From: Candidatus Latescibacterota bacterium
GTDB lineage: Bacteria; Latescibacterota; UBA2968; UBA8231
NCBI GenBank assembly: GCA_965215195.1
Contig: CBDCDC010000002.1
Coordinates: 1,984,001 to 2,048,000 of the forward strand
Reading direction: 5' to 3'
DNA length: 64,000 nucleotides
In this document: piece by piece, positions 30,371 through 37,938 of the stretch
Numbering within the stretch: the first letter of the stretch is position 1
How the letters are laid out: the number at the start of each line of letters is the position of its first letter
Translations under genes and position numbers: made by a program
Notes under the pieces: generated by a model
The model's input: the letters and a program-made list of their open reading frames with translations, nothing else
The model's database searches: none
Told to the model about the DNA's origin: nothing

Positions 30371-32512
30371 ATGGAACACCCCCAACTCAACTGGATCGCC
30401 AACTTTATCTGGAGCATTGCCGACGATGTGCTGCGCGACCTGTACGTGCGCGGCAAGTACCGCGACGTGATCTTACCCATGATCGTGTTGCGCCGCCTCG
30501 ACGCCGTACTCGAACCGACCAAGCAGGCCGTCCTCGCCACGAAGGACCTGCTTGACCAAGCCGAAATAATCGAACAGGATCAAACCCTGCGGCAGGCCGC
30601 TGGCCAAGCATTCTACAACACGTCCAAGTTCACTCTGCGCGATTTGCAGGCCCGCACTAGCCAGCAGCAACTCAGGACCGATTTCGAGGCTTATCTCGAT
30701 GGCTTTTCGCCCAACGTCCAAGACATCCTTGACCACTTTGAGTTCCGCAACCAGATCCCCCGCTTGTCGAAGGCCGACGCGCTCGGTACGCTGATCGAGA
30801 AGTTACTCGCGCCTGACATCAACCTCAGCCCGAATCCGATGCTGCATCTAGACGGCTCAGTAAAGCACCCCGGCCTTGACAACCACGGCATGGGGACGGT
30901 TTTCGAGGAGTTGGTGCGGCGTTTCAACGAGGAGAACAACGAAGAAGCGGGCGAGCACTGGACCCCACGCGACGCCGTCAAACTCATGGCAAAGCTGATC
31001 TTTTTGCCCATCGCCGACCAAATTGAGTCCGGCACGTACCTATTGTACGATGGGGCCTGCGGCACCGGCGGTATGCTGACTGTGGCGGAGGATACCCTTC
31101 AGCAACTTGCCGTCGAGCACGGCAAGCAGGTCTCCACCCACCTATACGGCCAAGAGATCAACGCCGAAACCTATGCTATCTGCAAGGCGGACCTGCTGCT
31201 CAAGGGCGAAGGCGAAGCGGCGGATAACATTATCGGCGGGCCGGCGCACTCAACTTTAGCCAACGACGCCTTTCGAGGGCATGAGTTCGACTTCATGCTC
31301 TCCAATCCGCCGTATGGCAAGAGTTGGAAAAGCGACCAAGAGCGAATGGGCGGGAAGTCGGGGCTTGGGGATCCGCGTTTTGTCATTGAGCACAACGACG
31401 ACCCTGAGTACTCGCTCATCACCCGCTCGAGCGATGGTCAGATGCTTTTCTTGGTCAACATGCTGAGCAAGATGAAGCAAGATACCCGGCTCGGCAGTCG
31501 CATCGCCGAAGTCCACAACGGATCGTCGCTATTCACCGGCGACGCCGGCCAAGGCGAGAGCAACATCCGTCGCTGGATCGTCGAGAACGACTATCTCGAA
31601 GCGATTGTCGCCTTGCCGCTCAACATGTTCTACAATACCGGCATTGCCACCTATATCTGGGTGCTCAGCAACCGCAAGCCGGCGCACCGCCAAGGCAAGG
31701 TGCAGCTCATCGATGCCACGGAGTGGTACAAGCCGTTGCGCAAAAACTTGGGCAAGAAGAATTGCGAGCTGTCGGACGAGGACATTCAGCGCATCTGCGA
31801 TACCTTTCTCGCCTTTGAGGAGACCGAGCAGTCGAAGATCTTCGACAATCAGGCCTTCGGCTACTGGAAGGTGACGGTTGAGCGGCCCTTGCGTTTGGCG
31901 GTCGATTTGTCATCCGAGTGCCGCGACCGCTTCCGCGCCGCCTGTGAGGAGGCCAAAGAAGAACCCCTCGCGTACGTCATCGACCGGGTGGCAGAGGTGT
32001 TGGGTAGTGGACCTCATCTCGACTTCAATCACTTCATAGCCGCCGTTAGAGCGGACATGACGGACCACGGCATCAAGTGGACAAGCAAGCGGAAGAAGCT
32101 GCTTCATACCTCGCTGGCGCAGCGGGAGGAAGCGGCCGAGCCGGTACTCGACAAGGTTCACAAGAAGGGCACCTCTGCCGACCCCTTGCGCGGCCTATTT
32201 TCGGCTTCCATCAATGGCAAATCCGCCGTGGTGGAATACGCGCCCGACAGCGAGTTGCGGGACACCGAGCAGATACCTCTCGCCGAAGTAGGCGGGATTG
32301 CGGCCTTCCTCAAGCGCGAGGTTTTGCCCTATGCCCCTGATGCTTGGTACGTGCCAAACAGCGTCAAGATCGGCTATGAGATCAGCTTCACCCGCTACTT
32401 CTACAAGCCGCAGCCGTTGCGCCCGCTGGCGGAGATCCGGGCGGAGATTCGAGCATTGGAGCGGGAGGCAGAGGGGCTACTGGCGGAGATTATTGGGGAC
32501 AGCGGCAAATGA
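30371..32512 (+). CDS. hsdM: Type I RM methyltransferase subunit
   Basis: FIWSIADDVLRD, AGEHWTPRD, YDGACGTGGML, GQEIN, SNPPYG, FYNTGI.TY. Confidence 0.95.
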   Translation: MEHPQLNWIANFIWSIADDVLRDLYVRGKYRDVILPMIVLRRLDAVLEPTKQAVLATKDLLDQAEIIEQDQTLRQAAGQAFYNTSKFTLRDLQARTSQQQLRTDFEAYLDGFSPNVQDILDHFEFRNQIPRLSKADALGTLIEKLLAPDINLSPNPMLHLDGSVKHPGLDNHGMGTVFEELVRRFNEENNEEAGEHWTPRDAVKLMAKLIFLPIADQIESGTYLLYDGACGTGGMLTVAEDTLQQLAVEHGKQVSTHLYGQEINAETYAICKADLLLKGEGEAADNIIGGPAHSTLANDAFRGHEFDFMLSNPPYGKSWKSDQERMGGKSGLGDPRFVIEHNDDPEYSLITRSSDGQMLFLVNMLSKMKQDTRLGSRIAEVHNGSSLFTGDAGQGESNIRRWIVENDYLEAIVALPLNMFYNTGIATYIWVLSNRKPAHRQGKVQLIDATEWYKPLRKNLGKKNCELSDEDIQRICDTFLAFEETEQSKIFDNQAFGYWKVTVERPLRLAVDLSSECRDRFRAACEEAKEEPLAYVIDRVAEVLGSGPHLDFNHFIAAVRADMTDHGIKWTSKRKKLLHTSLAQREEAAEPVLDKVHKKGTSADPLRGLFSASINGKSAVVEYAPDSELRDTEQIPLAEVGGIAAFLKREVLPYAPDAWYVPNSVKIGYEISFTRYFYKPQPLRPLAEIRAEIRALEREAEGLLAEIIGDSGK

Positions 32513-32681
32513 CAGAACGATTCGCTATCACGCCGTTTCTGGCCTAGAATGCGCCTGTCTTGCTCTTGAGGTATTACGTCATTCGTAATAGGGTCCTTTC
32601 TTGGGCAACTCTTGAAACATCTGGATCGATAATCGTGGTGCAGAGTAGGGAAACGGAGAGGCTGTTAAATCAAAACATAAT

Positions 32682-32752
32682 AGGAGCCTAAAATGAAATG
32701 GATAACTCTATTCAAGAAGGAGCATAAAATGAAACTGATAACTCTATTCAAG
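32682..32752 (+). repeat. Tandem 36-bp duplication of RBS plus first codons
   Basis: aggagcctaaaatgaaatggataactctattcaag followed by aggagcataaaatgaaactgataactctattcaag, giving MKWITLFK and MKLITLFK. Confidence 0.9.
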
Positions 32753-33211
32753 GATTTCCGTTTGGAGAAGATAAAACTTGGTCCAAGTGGAGCAGCGGTG
32801 GAGATATCCTTCGAGCCGGATGACAAAGATGCCGCTTGGGAGTTGTATGTCGAGATGCTGACCCGGATCGTCACTCAACCCCTGCCTTCTGAAGCGGGAG
32901 ACGAAAAGACGGCTCTGGACAGCATTTATGCACTTTTCGGAATCACCCGCGAGATTCTGCGCCGACGTGGGCGTGGAACGATACAGTTCAGCAAGGTTGC
33001 GATACCAGTACTGAACCAAGTAGTGCGGCCTTTTACTGCAAAGTGGCACAAAGAGAGTCTGGCAGGGGCTTTCAATAACGAGAGCAAACGAAAAGAATTT
33101 CGTGAAGAACTGGCGGCATTGCAGGAAGAGTTACGCAACTACAATCGTATGCTGGCAGATATTGCCGGAGTAGAAGATTTGACCGATTTGGAACGAACAG
33201 CACCCGAATGA
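32693..33211 (+). CDS. Helical hypothetical protein, first gene of the cassette
   Basis: 172 aa (or 160 aa from ATG 32729); AWELYVEMLTRI, VLNQVVRPFTAKWH, coiled C-terminus; strong RBS. Confidence 0.75.
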   Translation: MKWITLFKKEHKMKLITLFKDFRLEKIKLGPSGAAVEISFEPDDKDAAWELYVEMLTRIVTQPLPSEAGDEKTALDSIYALFGITREILRRRGRGTIQFSKVAIPVLNQVVRPFTAKWHKESLAGAFNNESKRKEFREELAALQEELRNYNRMLADIAGVEDLTDLERTAPE

Positions 33212-33242
33212 GGTAAACGGTTCAAAAAAGGAGTCTAACGTT

Positions 33243-33719
33243 ATGGCTGATGAAACGAAAAACATCTTCATAAGTCACGTCCACGAAGATGATGAAGGTC
33301 TTGGCAAGCTCAAGAGCCTGCTGAAGGACAATGGAATGACCACCCGGGACTATTCAGTCACCGCAGATAACCCCAACAATGCCCATTCAGAGGGCTACAT
33401 CAAGTCCGAGATTCTTGCACCGCGCATTCGACAATCAAGTACATTAGCTGTTTATATTTCTCCCGAAACTAAAAGTAGTTCTTGGGTGGACTGGGAGATT
33501 GAGTATGCCCATAAACAAGACAAACGGATTGTAGGAGTCTGGGCACACGGCGAAGCCGGCTGCGAAGTCCCGAAAGCATTGGACAAATATGCCGACGCTG
33601 TAGTTGGTTGGACAGGAAACCGCATCATCGGCGCGATAAACGGAAAAATCAATGGTTGGGAAAATCCGGATGGCACAAAAAGAGAACCGCGTACCATATG
33701 TCGGTATAGCTGTGGTTAG
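33243..33719 (+). CDS. Stand-alone TIR domain protein (ThsB/DUF1863-like)
   Basis: NIFISHVHED, RIRQSSTLAVYIS..T..S.WVDWEIEYA...KRIVGV, with the WxxxE catalytic glutamate. Confidence 0.88.
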   Translation: MADETKNIFISHVHEDDEGLGKLKSLLKDNGMTTRDYSVTADNPNNAHSEGYIKSEILAPRIRQSSTLAVYISPETKSSSWVDWEIEYAHKQDKRIVGVWAHGEAGCEVPKALDKYADAVVGWTGNRIIGAINGKINGWENPDGTKREPRTICRYSCG

Positions 33720-33729
33720 GAACGCCAAT

Positions 33730-34335
33730 ATGAAACTATTCTCTTATGTCGTCGCTCGTGACTATGGCTTTGCGCCCAATCCTTTTTTTGGAATATGCAC
33801 TTTGGCTACGTGCAAGCCAAAAATCCGAAAGCCAGCCTCCATAGGAGACTGGATTATCGGTACTGGCAGTAAGCCAAAAGGCCGACGAGGTTATCTCGTT
33901 TATGCCATGTGCGTAACTGAAACAATGACATTTAATGAATATTGGAGAGACGAACGGTTCCAAAGGAAAAAACCGAACCTGCGAGGAAGCATGAAGCAGG
34001 CATTCGGAGATAATATCTATTTCAAGGATGATGTTGGTGAGTGGCATCAGCAGGATTCTCATCATAGCTGCAAGGACGGATCGCCTAACCTGCATAACAT
34101 TCGCAACGATACACAGACGGACAGAGTCCTGCTCAGCAAAGAATACGCATATTGGGGCGGCTCAGGGCCTGAAATTCCCTCAGAATTCAGGAACTATGGC
34201 GGATGCGATATCTGCTTCAAACGGGGCCACAAGTGCAGGTTTCCAGAGGATCTAGTCAATGACTTTGTCGCTTGGTTTCGCTCTCTGGACGTAAACGGTT
34301 ATCTCGGTGAGCCTTTAGACTGGAGGACACCATGA
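33730..34335 (+). CDS. Nucleotide-modification-associated domain 2 (Nmad2)-like protein
   Basis: SYVVARDYGFAPNPFFGICTLATCKPKIR, GDWIIG, GDNIY, VLLS..Y.YWG; ATG at 33730. Confidence 0.8.
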   Translation: MKLFSYVVARDYGFAPNPFFGICTLATCKPKIRKPASIGDWIIGTGSKPKGRRGYLVYAMCVTETMTFNEYWRDERFQRKKPNLRGSMKQAFGDNIYFKDDVGEWHQQDSHHSCKDGSPNLHNIRNDTQTDRVLLSKEYAYWGGSGPEIPSEFRNYGGCDICFKRGHKCRFPEDLVNDFVAWFRSLDVNGYLGEPLDWRTP

Positions 34336-35507
34336 CAAGCGAGCTAGCTCCCAAGGACCAGCGAAACAAAACGGCTTCGGAGGGCACAATTCTCCTGCGC
34401 GACTATATGCGAGAGGTTAAGCCCACCGATAAACTTCCTCAAGGCAATCTGGAACCGGTTTTGATGGGGCTGTTTGGCGAGGTTGGGAGTATCATGGCAA
34501 CCGCCAAGAAGTACCACCGGGAAAAAGCAGCATACGCCGGATACCAGCAGGCGGTAGAGGAGGAGTTCGGTGATGCTCTTTGGTACTTTACTACATTGTG
34601 CCGGCGTCTTGGTATTGGTGTTGACATTATCCTCTCCGAAGCGGTAGATCAAGATAGATACAGCAAATTCATTGCTGCAAGCGACCTCTTGGATGGTCCA
34701 GTTTCTCATATCTCGTCAGTCATTAAATCGTCTGATCTCGACAAGACGCTCCTAAATTTGGGAAAGGCAACTGCGGCGTTGCTTGGCATCAAGAGGTTGG
34801 ATAAACAGACGTGCGATTTGCTGCGCACGTTCTCAGATTGCTATTTACAGGCACTTCAAACCGCCCAAGTGAGCTTTTCCAAGGTCGCTCGTATGAACAT
34901 CGCAAAGGTGCGCGGGCGTTTTCTCGATCCTGATCCATCAACATTACCAACATTCGACAGTGACTTCCCGGATGATGAGAGGCTCCCCCTGCACTTCGAG
35001 ATCAAAATCACTCAACGAAAAAGTGGACGAAGTTACTTGCAATGGAATGGTGTATTCATCGGCGATCCACTCACAGACAACATCATCCAATCGGACGGCT
35101 ACCGATTCCATGATGTGTTTCATCTTGCTCATGCTGCTATCCTTCACTGGTCTCCTACCTTTCGAGATCTGATAAAGCATAAACGAAAGAGCAATAGAAA
35201 AGTCGACGAGGCTCAGGATGGTGGCAGAGCGATTGTTATAGAGGAAGGACTTACCGCGTGGATATTTTCGTGCGCTAAATATCTCAATTTTTTTGAGGGA
35301 AAGACCAGTGTCTCATTTGACTTGTTAAAGACCGTTTGGCAGTTCGCGCAGGGATACGAAGTGGAGAAGTGTCCTCTTAAGCTATGGGAACAGGCTATCT
35401 TGGAAGGATATGAAGTCTTCAGACAAGTACGGGACAATAACGGTGGAATCGTGATTGGGAACCGCGAGACTCGTACCATCGAGTATAAGCCAATTGATGG
35501 AGAATAG
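34332..35507 (+). CDS. MazG-type NTP pyrophosphohydrolase fused to a MazG_C-like domain
   Basis: GLFGEVGS...EEEFGDALWY (MazG EE..D); C-terminal GDPLTDN, DGYRFHDVFHLAHA, KRKS...DEAQDGGRA..IEE; ATGA overlap with the upstream gene. Confidence 0.85.
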   Translation: MTSELAPKDQRNKTASEGTILLRDYMREVKPTDKLPQGNLEPVLMGLFGEVGSIMATAKKYHREKAAYAGYQQAVEEEFGDALWYFTTLCRRLGIGVDIILSEAVDQDRYSKFIAASDLLDGPVSHISSVIKSSDLDKTLLNLGKATAALLGIKRLDKQTCDLLRTFSDCYLQALQTAQVSFSKVARMNIAKVRGRFLDPDPSTLPTFDSDFPDDERLPLHFEIKITQRKSGRSYLQWNGVFIGDPLTDNIIQSDGYRFHDVFHLAHAAILHWSPTFRDLIKHKRKSNRKVDEAQDGGRAIVIEEGLTAWIFSCAKYLNFFEGKTSVSFDLLKTVWQFAQGYEVEKCPLKLWEQAILEGYEVFRQVRDNNGGIVIGNRETRTIEYKPIDGE

Positions 35508-35510
35508 AGC

Positions 35511-36179
35511 GTGAACCCGGTGCAATTTGTAGAGGAATTGCGTAAGCTGAAATTTGAGAATTCCTTTAACCCTTACTCAAATCGCTGTGTCGTTCACGAC
35601 CTAGATGATGCACCGCAACGTCGCTTACAAACATTATTGACTGTACTTGAGGCTGCAACAAAACAGGATATTGATTCTATATGGATTGGGCGCGATCTTG
35701 GCTATCGCGGCGGGAGACGAACAGGGCTTGCTTTAACAGACGATGCGCATATTCACGAATACGCCGCACGGTGGGGGTTATCTGTTCAGAGGCCTACCAA
35801 AGGCGAGATAGCCGCTGAGCGGACCGCTGCTGTCATCTGGAGTGTTCTCTCACAAATTGAGGTATCTGTTTTTCTCTGGAATGTCTTCCCATTACACCCT
35901 CACGAACCTGATAATCCTTTTAGTAATCGATCTCATAATTCTCTTGAGCGCAGGACCGGGGAGAAATTTCTCTCTCACCTCATCCTTCTTCTGAAGCCGT
36001 ACCGACTGGTTGCAATCGGCAATGATGCAGCGCGAACAGCACATCGCTTAAACTGTCAACACAGAGTTGTTCAAGTACGGCATCCTAGCTTTGGTGGACA
36101 GACACAATTTTTAGCACAAATGTGTAAATTGTACAATCTGCAATCAGATCTTTTTCAAATCTCTCCACACTCTTTTTAG
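35511..36179 (+). CDS. Uracil-DNA glycosylase superfamily protein
   Basis: FNPY, IGRDLGYRGGRRTGLALTD, ERTA, LWNVFPLHPH...SNR, VAIGN.A, VRHPSFGG. Confidence 0.85.
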   Translation: MNPVQFVEELRKLKFENSFNPYSNRCVVHDLDDAPQRRLQTLLTVLEAATKQDIDSIWIGRDLGYRGGRRTGLALTDDAHIHEYAARWGLSVQRPTKGEIAAERTAAVIWSVLSQIEVSVFLWNVFPLHPHEPDNPFSNRSHNSLERRTGEKFLSHLILLLKPYRLVAIGNDAARTAHRLNCQHRVVQVRHPSFGGQTQFLAQMCKLYNLQSDLFQISPHSF

Positions 36180-36221
36180 TTGACTATTCCTCGGATATTG
36201 AGAAGAGGAATATGAAACCTA

Positions 36222-37568
36222 ATGATTGACTCCAATCTCAAACCCTATCCGAACTATAAGCCCTCCAGCGTTGAGTGGCTAGGCGACGTGCCGGCGCATT
36301 GGGAGGTGACTCGGTTGAAATACCTCCTATCGGAGCGCGATGCCCGTTCTGTTGATGGAAGCGAGCAATTGTTAAGCGTATCTCAACACACAGGCGTCAC
36401 ACAGCGAAAGAAGGTAGATGGGAAGGACGAGGCGGACACTCGGGCAGAGTCTCTGGTAGGATATAAACGTGTTGAATCCGATGACCTCGTAGTGAATATC
36501 ATGCTCGCATGGAATGGCAGCATAGGCGTTTCACGATTCTGTGGCATTGTAAGCCCCTCATACTGTGTTTACAGATTTAAGGAAGGTTTACATCCAGGGT
36601 ATTTTCACTTCTTGCTTCGCTCTCCAACCTACAAAGCACGCATCAAGGCCATTTCCACCGGCATAGTGGAAAGCAGGCTCCGTATGTACACAGATGACCT
36701 TTACCGCCTTGAAGCTCTTCTCCCTCCCCTCCCCGAACAAATCGCCATCGTCCGCTATCTCGACCACGCCGACGAACGCATCCGCCGCTACGTCAGCGGC
36801 AAGCAGAAGCTGATCCGGCTGCTAGAAGAAGAGAAGCAGGCCGTCATCAACCACGCCGTCACCCGCGGCCTCGACCCCAATGTCCGCCTCAAGCCCTCCG
36901 GCGTCGAGTGGCTGGGTGAAGTACCGGCACATTGGGAGATATACCGACTTCGGAATGCAATAGATATGCGAGTAAGCAACGTGGACAAACACGTAAAGGA
37001 GGACGAAAATCCGGTCCGTCTTTGCAACTACGTTGATGTCTACAAGAATGATTACATCAATCAACAGATGAACTTTATGCAGGCAACTGCTACCGATGAG
37101 GAAATCGAGCGTTTTCGGCTTGAGAAAGATGATGTCCTCATCACCAAGGACTCCGAGACTTGGGATGACATTGGAGTGCCAGCACTGGTCACTGAGCCTG
37201 CGTCCGATCTTATTTCAGGCTATCATTTGGCCTTGCTGCGTCCACAAGCTGATGATCTTGCAGGCGGCTACTTGCTTCGTGCTTTGCAGAGTAAAGGGCT
37301 AGCTTATCAGTTCCATATCGAGGCAAAAGGCGTAACCAGATATGGACTCTCCCACGCTGGCATTAAATCGGTGTGGCTCCCTCTGCCACCCCTCCCCGAA
37401 CAAACCGCCATCGTCCGCTATCTCGACAAAGCAACCGCCGCCATCGACACCATCATCAGCCGCGCCCGCCGCCAAATCAAACTGCTCCAAGAATACCGCA
37501 CTCGCCTGATCGCCGATGTGGTGACAGGTCAGGTGGATGTGCGGGCGATGGGCGTTCAGATGCCATGA
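36222..37568 (+). CDS. hsdS: Type I RM specificity subunit
   Basis: Two TRDs, each preceded by KPSxVEWLGxVPAHW and followed by PPLPEQ.AIVRYLD; C-terminal LIADVVTGQVDV. Confidence 0.95.
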   Translation: MIDSNLKPYPNYKPSSVEWLGDVPAHWEVTRLKYLLSERDARSVDGSEQLLSVSQHTGVTQRKKVDGKDEADTRAESLVGYKRVESDDLVVNIMLAWNGSIGVSRFCGIVSPSYCVYRFKEGLHPGYFHFLLRSPTYKARIKAISTGIVESRLRMYTDDLYRLEALLPPLPEQIAIVRYLDHADERIRRYVSGKQKLIRLLEEEKQAVINHAVTRGLDPNVRLKPSGVEWLGEVPAHWEIYRLRNAIDMRVSNVDKHVKEDENPVRLCNYVDVYKNDYINQQMNFMQATATDEEIERFRLEKDDVLITKDSETWDDIGVPALVTEPASDLISGYHLALLRPQADDLAGGYLLRALQSKGLAYQFHIEAKGVTRYGLSHAGIKSVWLPLPPLPEQTAIVRYLDKATAAIDTIISRARRQIKLLQEYRTRLIADVVTGQVDVRAMGVQMP

Positions 37569-37570
37569 CG

Positions 37571-37619
37571 TTGAACATCAGTCGCCTCTTTCATATACTG
37601 CGAATCACAGCATCTGTGA
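37571..37619 (+). promoter_or_regulatory. sigma70-type promoter with downstream operator palindrome
   Basis: TTGAAC (37571) - 17 nt - TATACT (37594); inverted repeat TCACAG-cat-CTGTGA at 37605-37619 just before the RBS/ATG. Confidence 0.65.
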
Positions 37620-37623
37620 GGAT

Positions 37624-37938
37624 ATGACCATGAAGAACATTACCGTATCTATAGATGAAGAAACCCATCGACTCGCCCGTATCCGAGCGGCGGAGTTGGG
37701 CACATCGATGTCGGTGCTGGTCCGAGGCTACCTCAAAACCCTCGTCCATGAGCAAGCCGACGGGACCGAGGCCAATGAACAAGGCACGGAGACCGAATCC
37801 GAATGCCGACGCCGACTGTTGAACGAGGTTTTTGAGGACATCTGTGCCACACGTAGCGGATTTAAGGCGTCCGACAATCTCCCCCGCGAAGCCCTGCACG
37901 ACCGCGATGCGCTTCATTATGCCCACCGACACCACTGA
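37624..37938 (+). CDS. Ribbon-helix-helix antitoxin-like protein (VapB-like), no toxin present
   Basis: MKNITVSIDEETHRLARIRAAELGTSMSVLVRGYL; C-terminal LPREALHDR typical of VapB partners of PIN toxins; overlaps the hsdR start. Confidence 0.75.
   Translation: MTMKNITVSIDEETHRLARIRAAELGTSMSVLVRGYLKTLVHEQADGTEANEQGTETESECRRRLLNEVFEDICATRSGFKASDNLPREALHDRDALHYAHRHH

Noticed and set aside
33243-33719. Calling the TIR gene a canonical Thoeris system
   Set aside because: No ThsA-type effector (SIR2-SLOG, TM-macro) nearby.
36232-37430. Internal direct repeats in hsdS
   Set aside because: Normal conserved regions flanking the two TRDs; no invertase or spare hsdS to suggest shuffling.
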